IMG/VR virus record: IMGVR_UViG_3300021605_000004
Coordinates: 2,689-66,688 of that record
DNA length: 64,000 bases
Direction: 5' to 3' (one strand)
From: a virus
Part shown: piece after piece, positions 30,665 through 40,410 of the stretch
How positions within the stretch are numbered: position 1 is the stretch's first letter
Layout: each line of letters opens with the position of its first letter
The notes under the pieces: generated by a model
Databases searched by the model: none
What the model saw: only the letters and a program-made list of their open reading frames with translations
Told to the model about the DNA's origin: nothing
Made by a program: the position numbers and the translations under genes

Positions 30665-30784
30665 AGAAGTACAACTGAGTGCCAATGTTCTGATTCGCAT
30701 TGCCGGAATCGTTATTCAGATTCCAATTGAAAGCCCCGGCATTCGTACCATTGTTCGCATTGCCGCCGAAAAACGCCACTCTTC
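30665..30784 (-). repeat. DGR template repeat (TR), 120 bp
   Basis: 11 AAY codons, 32 adenines; 21 mismatches to VR, 20 of them at TR adenines. Confidence 0.97.
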
Positions 30785-30817
30785 GCTAAATACCCTATAT
30801 TTTAAAGAACAAAAAAA

Positions 30818-30849
30818 TACGCTTCGCATAATGTGCGGCAAGTGCCGCA
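30818..30849 (-). other. Hairpins just downstream of the VR (candidate target-recognition element/terminator)
   Basis: TGCGGC-ACTT-GCCGCA (30834-30849), then TATGC-GAA-GCGTA plus T run on the minus strand. Confidence 0.65.
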
Positions 30850-30857
30850 ATTTCTTA

Positions 30858-32342
30858 TTAGAAGGACAACCGAGCGCCAATGGTCCGATCCGCCATGCCG
30901 GAACCGCCACTCAGATACCAATTGAAAGCCCCGGCACTCGTACCACCGTACGCAGCGCCGCCGAAAAACGCCACCCTCCAACCCGAAGCCTGATAATAGT
31001 AGTCCGATGGGTAAGTAGAGGACGAACCTCCAACCGATGCAGGGAGTATAACCCTTGAAGAGTTTACAAGGGTTTTCTGCCAACCGTCAGAAGCGGCAAG
31101 GGTTACGCCAAGATAGTCGTAACCTTCGCTTGTATTATCAGCCCAAACTGCTGAATTGTTACTTACATAAGGGATATTATTGTTAATGTTGATACCGTCA
31201 ACGATCTTGTAAATATGTCCCCAAAAGTTTGAAATTCCCCTGTACTTTGAATATCCTGTTGCTGCGACCGTTGCACTTGATGTACTTGCGGCGGCGGCAT
31301 TCTGCCCGGTTGCATTGCCTATGCTGTTGCCTAATCCCGTGGCCACAATTGGGTAATAATTGTTATATGCAGCCCAATCAGAGACATTAGTAATGCCCGA
31401 AATGATTAACTGAGAATTAAGCGTACCGTATTCGACAATGAAAAGTATCTGAATGGCGTTCACTAAATCGTAATCCATTTGCCGCCATCCGATTCCCCTT
31501 TTAGCTGCCATAAGCCTGCCATTTGCCCTGGTAAAGTTTGTGACGGGCCTGAAGCCAGACACACTTGAAAGCTTATCATTAGTGGGAGTAATTGAAACCC
31601 CGGCCTTATAATCCCTGTATGCACTATCAGTAGTGGCATCCCATAATACAGCTTCATACGCCCCTATGTAACGGTAATCCTTGTACGCCCCATCTTTGAT
31701 AAATGCTGGATGCCGGGTGTAACCTGGTATGCTGTCAAGAGAGATGTTCCAAATATGGTAATTCCCGTTTTTTTGGTACTGGTAATAAAACTTGGGAATC
31801 TGTACCATTACCTGTCCGTCTGCCCCGGTAAGTGTTGAAGCTGCCCCGTTTTCCTTGTACGCCCAATCCGTTGCACTCAGGTAGTATTGAACCGCCCCGG
31901 CATCAGATAGAACACAGCCGCGCATTTTACTCTGAACAGGTAAAAGCAAGTCACCGGGAGAAGCACCCAACGTTTGACCGGCCAATGTTCCCTGTCTGAC
32001 ATAGGTATCAGTTACCTCATTCCATGCAAGGCCCTGAAAGTTGGTGTTACTTGAAGCTGAAAGGTTGATCCAGGAAGTGCCGTTGTAGTAATTTAACGTG
32101 TGATCTGTCTTGGCATAGAGCATGCCCTCCTTCGGTGATGATGGGGCCGACGCAGATGGAATTAATTTGATGGTGTCTGTTGATATTTTAGGGATTATTG
32201 CTGTTCCCGTAAAAGTCGGTGATGCAATCGGAGCAAATTTTGCATTTGCCTGAGTCTTAGAATATGGAATAGTTTTATAATCAGTCTGTGCTGATACGTA
32301 AAATGAAAGTATAGCGAATATTAGGATAAGATACTTTTTCAT
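30858..32342 (-). CDS. DGR target: CLec-fold (Mtd/FGE-like) binding protein with signal peptide
   Basis: MKKYLILIFAILSFYVSA|Q; GQVMVQIPKFY, YIGAYEA, YRGISNFWG, C-terminal FGG...GAF...IGARL holding the VR. Confidence 0.88.
   Translation of the reverse strand: MKKYLILIFAILSFYVSAQTDYKTIPYSKTQANAKFAPIASPTFTGTAIIPKISTDTIKLIPSASAPSSPKEGMLYAKTDHTLNYYNGTSWINLSASSNTNFQGLAWNEVTDTYVRQGTLAGQTLGASPGDLLLPVQSKMRGCVLSDAGAVQYYLSATDWAYKENGAASTLTGADGQVMVQIPKFYYQYQKNGNYHIWNISLDSIPGYTRHPAFIKDGAYKDYRYIGAYEAVLWDATTDSAYRDYKAGVSITPTNDKLSSVSGFRPVTNFTRANGRLMAAKRGIGWRQMDYDLVNAIQILFIVEYGTLNSQLIISGITNVSDWAAYNNYYPIVATGLGNSIGNATGQNAAAASTSSATVAATGYSKYRGISNFWGHIYKIVDGININNNIPYVSNNSAVWADNTSEGYDYLGVTLAASDGWQKTLVNSSRVILPASVGGSSSTYPSDYYYQASGWRVAFFGGAAYGGTSAGAFNWYLSGGSGMADRTIGARLSF
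30860..30979 (-). repeat. DGR variable repeat (VR) at the 3' end of the target gene
   Basis: Ungapped 120-bp alignment to the TR, offset 195 bp. Confidence 0.97.
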
Positions 32343-32344
32343 AA

Positions 32345-32869
32345 TTAAATAGTTTTAAGGATTGTAAAATTTCCGTCCGATCTGGTAATTGCAATAGCTC
32401 CTAAAACACTGCCCGCCTGTGCTGTAAATGAATACACAGAATCTGCTGAAGCTGTAGCTCCCAATATTGTTCCGGCAAAAATACTGTCTGTAATGACTGT
32501 TACCGATTTAGCCCCGGATGGTATTGTAGTGCTCGTTGCATAAGTAGCCATAGATGGCGTATCAGTAGATGTTGGCGCTGGAATAATTGTAACATGTTGT
32601 TTTAATGCCAAAAGCATTGTCGTTATGTCAGAATATGTCGTCGCCCCAATAGGATCACCATTCAATAAAACTATTTGCGAGAAAAACACTTCCTTATTGA
32701 ACGAAAATTCGTCAATATTGTCAAATCTCCATCCTGTCCCGGTGACATCCATTCTTACCCACGGTGCGTTTATGTATCTCGTGCCAGTTATGGTTGTATT
32801 ATTTGACGCCAGAAAATCTATCTGCACCCTGCTATTAACAGTGTCTATGGTTAAATTAACTTTATTCAT
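32345..32869 (-). CDS. Thr/Ser-rich beta-strand protein upstream of the DGR target
   Basis: 174-aa ORF after a TATCTTTG promoter at 32886-32893. Confidence 0.6.
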   Translation of the reverse strand: MNKVNLTIDTVNSRVQIDFLASNNTTITGTRYINAPWVRMDVTGTGWRFDNIDEFSFNKEVFFSQIVLLNGDPIGATTYSDITTMLLALKQHVTIIPAPTSTDTPSMATYATSTTIPSGAKSVTVITDSIFAGTILGATASADSVYSFTAQAGSVLGAIAITRSDGNFTILKTI

Positions 32870-32919
32870 TGCTTTGAATTTTAAACAAAGATAATGGGAG
32901 TGAAATGGAAAATCAACGG

Positions 32920-35900
32920 CTACCGAATGACCCTTGCGCTGCGTTTCTTTTTCAAAGGCGTTTTTTCAGCATTGGATATTCGTGTCATTAGTTTGTCAAC
33001 TGTTCCGGCACCTGGATACCCATACATGGTAGCTAATACTAAATGAACGCTTCTTGCAGCATTCCAAGCATCGTATTCTGATTTAGAAAGAGATTCACCT
33101 GCCATTACTTTTTTACCAATGTTATACAAACTTCCACCTGCGGCAGTTACTGTTTGTAACATTGTTTGAGCTGCCATAGTGTACTGCAATAAGGCATCAA
33201 AAACCTTCGCTGCGTCGGTATATCCATTTGTCTCAACAGGCCTAACGTAAAATGCTGCAAGTGCATAATTGTTTAAGTCTTTCAGCCACTCAGGTTTCTT
33301 ATTGGCAGGATGTGTGGAATTTATAATAGAAAGTGCAGTTATTTGTGTTGCCCTATTTATATTACCCCAGGTGCCAAGTGATAATTGCATCATGCTTGCT
33401 GCCGGGATAGCATACCAAAATGCCGGGTCTTTTAATTTGGATATTCCCTTGAGTGCATTATCCTTTAATTTATTGGCTGTTTCTTTATCCCATAAATCAA
33501 CAATCTGGGCAGCAATATAAGACAGTCCGGCCATTTGAACTACACCTATAGATGCAAAGGCTGTTTGTGAAGCAAGGAATGATCCTATTTTTTTTGTTGC
33601 CTCAGCTCTTCCCTCATTGGTTCCAAGCGTTAAGTTTTTCACTTGTTTTATAAAACGCAAACTTTCTCTTATTTGCCATGTCTGCATGTAGTTAATCATA
33701 ATGTCACCGGCACCACCATCCTGTGCCTTTTTGACAATCTTTTCCATGGATGGGAACGTGTCATATGCCATCCACTTTGCTTCTGCTGATGCTTTTGCAA
33801 ATTGATCCATGTTGGCACTCTTATACTCTGGATCGGTAAGCCACTTGTTTGTGTCAAACTCTTTCCCGGTAAACTCCAGGAACGCATGATTGAACTCGTT
33901 CAGGAATATCCTTTTTTGCGTTGCTCTATCGTTAAATGACAACACATATAATCCTTTCTTTGTTGCGTTATTTGAGTCGCTATACTCAGAATAATATCGT
34001 TCTGCTTCCCTAAACCCGGATTCATTATGAAGAACCTCAAGTGTTTTATTTTCCTCTTTGTCGAGTTTCAACATCGTATCTGCGTAGTCTTTCCATTGGG
34101 ATACAGGCAACTGTCCAAGTGCAGTGAACTGGTTCCCTGCGGTATCTTTTATCAACCTCGTTGGATCAAGTAACGATACGCGTCCCATTTTAGCTCCCGT
34201 AGTTAACGCCTTAATCAATATACGGTTTCCTACACCCCTGTTTATTTTCGTGGCATATACATTTGTAAATCTGGTTCGCAGTCCTTCTGCGAGTTCAGAT
34301 ACAACTTGAACCTCTGGTATTGATAATGATTTCTTTGGAGCCTCGCCCGGAACACCGCTAACCTCTGTTTTGTTTTTTAGTGTGTTCAATGCCCTTACTG
34401 TATTGTAAAGAGGGTCAGCCATGTAATAATTTAACAGATTGGTAAGCGTATATTGCCTAAACTTATCTGTGGCACCCATTTTAGATATGTGATAATCAAA
34501 TGTACGCTCGTTTACATTTCCTGATTTTGTATGAGGTGCAGTTCTGTCAAGCAGCGCAGAGTCTATGAATTGTTGAGCGTTCATAGCATCATCAACAGGC
34601 TTGTCGAAAATAAAGAATGGATCATAAAAACGTAAAGGTGTAAATGGGATATTCCTTTTTGTAGCATTTACCTTTTGTTCGTGTTGTTGTGCATCGTATC
34701 CCTTTTGTAAATCCCTTAAAAATTGAAATAAATTTTTAGACAACAGGTGTGATACATCTTTATAAACCTCCTCATCTGTTTTTTCAAGTTTAAGTATAAT
34801 GTCCTTCCCTCCATTCCTATTTCGTAAATTCTGATAAGCCTGCCTGTCTAATTTCCTTGTCTCAGCATCATACCCTTTGCTGTTTTGAGCATCCGCAATA
34901 TATCTTTTACCCCAATCCGATTCCGCTATATCCCAATAACTCAAGACCTGTTCCTTTGTCAGGCCGGTAGCCTGCATGATGCTTTGAAGTTTGGCCTCTG
35001 GAATATTGGCCTGCCATGTCATCATTACCCTCAGTGCATTGACCTCCCTGTCTGCAAGTTCTTTTGATTTATTGGTTTTAAATTCAGACCTAAAGGTTTT
35101 GGCAAACGGTGAAGATGTAAGTGCTGTGTGAAATAACACGTCTCGTTTTTTGTTTAACATCTCAATGGATGTTAAAAGTGCATTGTTGAAAATTTCAAAT
35201 ACCGGATGTGAGTGCTTTCCGGCAATGCCATATTTTTCATCAATGTCGGTCATGTCTTTTTTACGGGAAAGGTCTTTAAGCAATTCACCTTTGTTTTCTT
35301 CATTCAATAACCTGTCTCGGACATATTTTGATTTTTCTGCCGCAGCCCTTATCACATTTATAAAATCCACGTCGATAATACTTGCACGTTTTAACACGTC
35401 AATAGACGAAGCTATGTCAATAAGTTTGCGCGGCATATTGCCATAAGTCAACTGCTCGACAACTTTAACATAAGTATCCAACTCTCCAAGCGAAAGATTG
35501 TCAATGGATTTATCATTTGAATTTTTACGGAGCCACGCAATGACTTCTCTTTGTTCTGGTGTGAAATTTTCCCAGTCAACAAACTTCCAATTATCTTTCG
35601 CCTGGTATTTGCTTATGTATTTAAAGTATTGCTCCGACTGTTGCAGTAACTTTTCTGTCATTCCCTCAATACCCACCTCGTTCAGTTTGGTAAATAGTCC
35701 CTGGACACTTTCACCATAGACGGCATCTTGATAATTTTTAGCTAAGTCGCTGTATTTATCAATTACATTTCCATTCTTGTCGTAAAATTTACCATCAGAA
35801 TACGTAATATCTTCCTGTGCCATCAATCTGTCGATCTTATTTTTGACCAGCGACAGGTTCTTTTTTAATTGGATTACATCATCTATGCTGCTTATATTGG

Positions 35901-38900
35901 CTGGATCTATCTTAATCAAGTCTTCAACACTTCCAATCAATCCGTCCATGGAGTCCGCACTAATCATCCGTTCAACACCTGAATCGGAAAAAATTTTGTC
36001 CATTTCATTGCGGTAATCATCGAAGAACTTTTGAACATTCTCGACATTTGATACTTTTTTACGGGTTAATTCTTCCGCTATTGTCCTTAAATCAGAAAGC
36101 ATCTGATCTGGCATGTCAGCAAACTTATCTTTAGGAATTGCCTGTAATTCTTTAGCCCATCCCAGATAACCTTTTCCTGTTCCTTTTGAAAATTCATTCT
36201 TTTTTATAAGCCTACCAATCTCCTTCTGTAATTCTGCTATTTCATTGGCAGTTTCCTTAAACGCTATGTCTGTTGTGGCTTTTTCTATGTAATTCAAGGC
36301 TTTTTCAAGATCGCGATACGATGTGGCGTTGTTTACTCTGCGAAGTAAGGTTTTTGTTTTCTGTCCGGTTAGTTTTTTTATCACATCGGAGTTGTCTTCA
36401 ATGGTGCTTGAAATTTGAGACCTTACATCATCTATTGTTTCCAGTTCGCTTCGCAATGAACCTGCATTGTTTTTAAGTCCTGTTACTTCCTTGCTGCGGG
36501 ACTCAGCTCCTTTTTCAAACGCTTCTGTCTTTGTCTTTCCTTTGATTTTTTGTTCAGCCTGGAATAATTTGTCTTTTAAGTTACGATAGTCCTGTTTCAG
36601 TTTATTCCTTATACCAACAGTTTCCTCAATGTCTTTTTGTACTTTTTTAGAATCAAATTCCTTCCATTGCGGTAGTCCATTGAACTTTGATATGAGCTTG
36701 CTTGTTTCTTCTTGTGGTAAATTTTGTTCTTTGCACAACCTTTTAATCTCGGCCACACCTTTAGATACAGCTTCTGCAACAGAGCCTCCAAGTCTCACGG
36801 CTTCTGACGCGACCCAAACACCGCCTTTCATAATTTGAGCCTGATATGGTAAGAATGCCACCATTGTCATATTGTTGACGGCATCATATCCTTGCTTTTT
36901 TATTCTTGCTGCAAGTTCATCGGCCTTGTCTTTTATGGATTTCTTTGTGACTTCTTCCGGTGTCGGAATACGCTTCCGTTCTTCGGCCATCTGTTTCCTG
37001 ATAGGCTCAGACAGTTTATTCATCTCCTGCATGGTGATTTCACGACGGGCAAAACGCTCCTGGATGGCGTTCATTTGCTCGTCAAGGGACGGAACTTTTA
37101 CTGGTTCTGGTTCGTGTTTGGCTGCGGCGGGTTCTGAGATGGTAGGCTCGGTGATGAGTTCGTCTGCTTGTTTGATTGCCTCAACGAGTCCAGCTTCATC
37201 TGCGCTTTCTGCTTTGCGTTCAATATCCGCTGTAACGCTTTCAAGTTCGTTAACGTCCTTGTCTGTAATTCGTTTGATTGTTCCATCGCTTACCTGTGTT
37301 TTTATTTCTTCGTAAATTGGTTTAAATTCAGGTATTCCAGCCATATCCGGGAAAAGATCAGTTCCATCTTTAACGCCTTTGCGTGTTTCAATTCTTTTCT
37401 TTACACATTCGATAAACTGCTCACCTTTTGGTGTTATGGAATATTCTCCATCGCCAAAAGAAGATACATAACCTTTTTTATCTAATGACTTAAATAATTT
37501 TTCCTTTATTTTGTCCTTAATGGTTATTACCTCTGTTCCATTTTCGGAACTTATAGATTTTAAATCCATGTCCTTTACGGTAGAATACAACATCGACGCC
37601 TCCATTGGCTTCATGTCTGTATTAAGTCCACTCACTACATCTTCTACCGCTTTAACTTGACTTATACTTACCTCTTTATGTGGCTCAATTATCTTACCTC
37701 TATTTCCTTCAGTGGGAGTGACTGGTTTTTCGGCAACAACCGATGGTTCTTCCTTTGGTACTTCGATCGGGTTTACGGATTCAGCCTTAGTCTCTGTGAT
37801 AGGTGCCTGCATCTCTACAGGCACCTTTTCTTCGGATATAGGCTCACTTACTTGCAGCCGCCCTTTTTCTTCTTGCCCATTTTCGATAGGTATTTCTGGT
37901 TTGACTTCCGAAGGCTTAACCGCTGAGGGCGGGGTAATAGCATCTTCAACTGCCTTGACAAGTTCAGGGTTACTCCCGTCTGCCTTGGCCTTGTGATAGG
38001 CTTCGGATATTGATTGATTTGTGGTTTTTATTTCTTTAACCCACGGTTCGTTGTAATCAGAAAGTTGATTTTTAGTTATCTCGATACCGATTTTAGGGGC
38101 AATTTCATCGTTTATCTTTTGAATTATTTCTTCCGTTGTTAAATCTTTTGACTTCCCGCTATCAAATATTTCATTTTCAATATCATCCCATATCTTTTTA
38201 ATTTGAGGTATTGTTCCTTTGTTTGTTTTTAACCTATCGAAATATATTTCTCCTTCGGGAATTATCCTTTTTGCAGAAACAACATCTCCATTAGGCAATA
38301 CAACTCTGATTTCTTTCGTACCACCCCTCCACAACATCGCAATATCTTCTATTGAAAATATTGAATTGTCAGGATGAGTATGTATAATAATAGACGGTTT
38401 TTCTGGTTCCCAATTTACTCCTGCATTGGGAGATATGATGCCCTTATCTGATTCTAATTGGGTACTTATAATATTTCCTTTTTCATCAGTTACAACTGCC
38501 CACTCACTTTGCCTTCCATTATTGGCAATTCTATCTAATTTCTCAATAGATTTAGGGTTCTCTTTACCTATTTCGTCAAGTTTATTCTGCACTTCCCCCC
38601 CCGCCTGCCGGACGGGTTCGGGGGTAGGCTCAACCGGCACATCCGCAGGCTTGTCCTCCGCTGCGGTCGGAGTTTGTTTTACTGTGGTAACTATTTTATT
38701 AAATTCCTGTACGGCCTTGGTTTCGTTCTGGTTTCTTTCCAGTGGCTCTTTATCTTTTGCTTCATTGACTTCATTGAGATCAATACCTGCGGACTTGGAT
38801 TGTTCCACAACCTCTGCCTTTTGCTGAAGTGTTAATTCTGCTGATTCGTTGTTTAATTTTGCGTCTTTAATGACTGAATATGCACGTATCGCTTCTGAAT

Positions 38901-40410
38901 TAGCTTCTTCCATTGTGGCATAATCGACAGATGTAACCACCTCTCCTTTGTTATTGTTGGTCGTTACATTGAATTTTTCTCCAACAGGAGTAATAACAAC
39001 GCCATCAATCGCAGGAATAACACTCGGCCTTATACCCTCAGTAGCCCATGCAATCTTAATTTTTGCACTTTGAGGTACTTGTGGATCTTTTAAAAACGTT
39101 TCAGGCGTTTCAATCCATTTTGTTTCAGCGCCCTCACCCATAGACCTGAGTTCTTCGGGTGTAAATTCTATCTTAAACTCTCCTTTATTGGCCTTGTCAG
39201 ACGTGAAATTATTTGATTTTATAAATTTCCCGGCCGCATGGATTCCTTTTAGTCCACCAAGAGTTGCGAACGACATGATCCAGTCTTCGTTCGTAATATC
39301 CTTCCATTTTTTCCCTTCAAGCATAGCACCACCAGTAACAAAGGCCACATTTTCTACACCAAATCCTGTTGTGTTAATGGCTGCCTTTGCCGCCTTCTCA
39401 GTAAGACCTGAAAATGCTTTCGTTGCGGCCTTACTTGCCATCGCAGTGCCATACCCTATACCACCCACAATGCCACCAAGTATAGATCCCTTACCAAACG
39501 CTTTTGCTGTTTGGCCCCAGTCCACATCGTTAGGGTCGGCGCCATCTCCAATTTGCGTCAATACATCTCTTGCCGCATCATACGCGCCTAATGCGCCAGC
39601 CCCTTGTGCAGCCGACTGTGACAGTACGGACATCGGATGAGTGACAATATTCTTAGCCGTCTGTTTGATGAACTCCTTTGCTGCGGTCTCTGTCATGCCT
39701 TCTTTTACTGCAACGGATACCGCTTTTTTTACAGCGGATTTTGCAAGCATGCCTACACCAGCTTTAGCAACACCTCCACCAATAGACCCGCCAGGTCCGA
39801 ATGACGGCAAGTCAATTACCAGTGACGTGAACATGGATGCAACTTTCTCCGGTGTGCTGGGCTGGTAGTCGGTAATGTCAGTAGTCATTATAGGGCGTCC
39901 CTCTTTGGCTTTATAAGCCATTCCTATCAATGAATTATTTAACCCATCAGCTAATATGTAATCAAATGAAGATTCTGCTGCCTTTTTATCCCAATCCATG
40001 AACGGTTTTGACGTTCCTTCTTCAATGTTTTGCAGTTTTATTTCTGCAATGTTCGGCGGATTGTCAACTACTGATGCTGGACTTTGAGTAGATGAAGGTA
40101 CGACGGGTGACTCCACTACGGCCTCGCCAGATAAGGATGATCGTGAAGGACTCTGGCTTTCGAATGGTTGTAACGTTACATCGCCAGAACCGGTAGGTTC
40201 TTTTTTTTTTAATGTCCAGTTGGATTCGAACTCATTATATCCACCAACGTCCAGTTTGTTTTGAGTAGCAAAGTCGTGAAAACTTTTCCTGTTTTCCGGC
40301 TTCTCCATTCCGGTTTTAAATGACTGGTAATCGCCAATATCCAATTTATTGGACACCGCAAAATCATATAACGACTTTAAGTTTTTTTCGTCCATTATTT
40401 CGGCCTCCAT
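32920..40410 (-). CDS. Giant internal virion/ejection protein (2496 aa) with a JAB/MPN-like domain
   Basis: Last of three genes after the tail module; Gly/Ala hydrophobic hairpins, long helical regions; EWAVV...HTHPDNSIFSIED. Confidence 0.65.
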   Translation of the reverse strand: MEAEIMDEKNLKSLYDFAVSNKLDIGDYQSFKTGMEKPENRKSFHDFATQNKLDVGGYNEFESNWTLKKKEPTGSGDVTLQPFESQSPSRSSLSGEAVVESPVVPSSTQSPASVVDNPPNIAEIKLQNIEEGTSKPFMDWDKKAAESSFDYILADGLNNSLIGMAYKAKEGRPIMTTDITDYQPSTPEKVASMFTSLVIDLPSFGPGGSIGGGVAKAGVGMLAKSAVKKAVSVAVKEGMTETAAKEFIKQTAKNIVTHPMSVLSQSAAQGAGALGAYDAARDVLTQIGDGADPNDVDWGQTAKAFGKGSILGGIVGGIGYGTAMASKAATKAFSGLTEKAAKAAINTTGFGVENVAFVTGGAMLEGKKWKDITNEDWIMSFATLGGLKGIHAAGKFIKSNNFTSDKANKGEFKIEFTPEELRSMGEGAETKWIETPETFLKDPQVPQSAKIKIAWATEGIRPSVIPAIDGVVITPVGEKFNVTTNNNKGEVVTSVDYATMEEANSEAIRAYSVIKDAKLNNESAELTLQQKAEVVEQSKSAGIDLNEVNEAKDKEPLERNQNETKAVQEFNKIVTTVKQTPTAAEDKPADVPVEPTPEPVRQAGGEVQNKLDEIGKENPKSIEKLDRIANNGRQSEWAVVTDEKGNIISTQLESDKGIISPNAGVNWEPEKPSIIIHTHPDNSIFSIEDIAMLWRGGTKEIRVVLPNGDVVSAKRIIPEGEIYFDRLKTNKGTIPQIKKIWDDIENEIFDSGKSKDLTTEEIIQKINDEIAPKIGIEITKNQLSDYNEPWVKEIKTTNQSISEAYHKAKADGSNPELVKAVEDAITPPSAVKPSEVKPEIPIENGQEEKGRLQVSEPISEEKVPVEMQAPITETKAESVNPIEVPKEEPSVVAEKPVTPTEGNRGKIIEPHKEVSISQVKAVEDVVSGLNTDMKPMEASMLYSTVKDMDLKSISSENGTEVITIKDKIKEKLFKSLDKKGYVSSFGDGEYSITPKGEQFIECVKKRIETRKGVKDGTDLFPDMAGIPEFKPIYEEIKTQVSDGTIKRITDKDVNELESVTADIERKAESADEAGLVEAIKQADELITEPTISEPAAAKHEPEPVKVPSLDEQMNAIQERFARREITMQEMNKLSEPIRKQMAEERKRIPTPEEVTKKSIKDKADELAARIKKQGYDAVNNMTMVAFLPYQAQIMKGGVWVASEAVRLGGSVAEAVSKGVAEIKRLCKEQNLPQEETSKLISKFNGLPQWKEFDSKKVQKDIEETVGIRNKLKQDYRNLKDKLFQAEQKIKGKTKTEAFEKGAESRSKEVTGLKNNAGSLRSELETIDDVRSQISSTIEDNSDVIKKLTGQKTKTLLRRVNNATSYRDLEKALNYIEKATTDIAFKETANEIAELQKEIGRLIKKNEFSKGTGKGYLGWAKELQAIPKDKFADMPDQMLSDLRTIAEELTRKKVSNVENVQKFFDDYRNEMDKIFSDSGVERMISADSMDGLIGSVEDLIKIDPANISSIDDVIQLKKNLSLVKNKIDRLMAQEDITYSDGKFYDKNGNVIDKYSDLAKNYQDAVYGESVQGLFTKLNEVGIEGMTEKLLQQSEQYFKYISKYQAKDNWKFVDWENFTPEQREVIAWLRKNSNDKSIDNLSLGELDTYVKVVEQLTYGNMPRKLIDIASSIDVLKRASIIDVDFINVIRAAAEKSKYVRDRLLNEENKGELLKDLSRKKDMTDIDEKYGIAGKHSHPVFEIFNNALLTSIEMLNKKRDVLFHTALTSSPFAKTFRSEFKTNKSKELADREVNALRVMMTWQANIPEAKLQSIMQATGLTKEQVLSYWDIAESDWGKRYIADAQNSKGYDAETRKLDRQAYQNLRNRNGGKDIILKLEKTDEEVYKDVSHLLSKNLFQFLRDLQKGYDAQQHEQKVNATKRNIPFTPLRFYDPFFIFDKPVDDAMNAQQFIDSALLDRTAPHTKSGNVNERTFDYHISKMGATDKFRQYTLTNLLNYYMADPLYNTVRALNTLKNKTEVSGVPGEAPKKSLSIPEVQVVSELAEGLRTRFTNVYATKINRGVGNRILIKALTTGAKMGRVSLLDPTRLIKDTAGNQFTALGQLPVSQWKDYADTMLKLDKEENKTLEVLHNESGFREAERYYSEYSDSNNATKKGLYVLSFNDRATQKRIFLNEFNHAFLEFTGKEFDTNKWLTDPEYKSANMDQFAKASAEAKWMAYDTFPSMEKIVKKAQDGGAGDIMINYMQTWQIRESLRFIKQVKNLTLGTNEGRAEATKKIGSFLASQTAFASIGVVQMAGLSYIAAQIVDLWDKETANKLKDNALKGISKLKDPAFWYAIPAASMMQLSLGTWGNINRATQITALSIINSTHPANKKPEWLKDLNNYALAAFYVRPVETNGYTDAAKVFDALLQYTMAAQTMLQTVTAAGGSLYNIGKKVMAGESLSKSEYDAWNAARSVHLVLATMYGYPGAGTVDKLMTRISNAEKTPLKKKRSARVIR

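Noticed and set aside
30561-30779. 72-aa Asn-rich ORF as a protein gene
   Set aside because: It is the TR read in frame; at most it could couple translation to the RT
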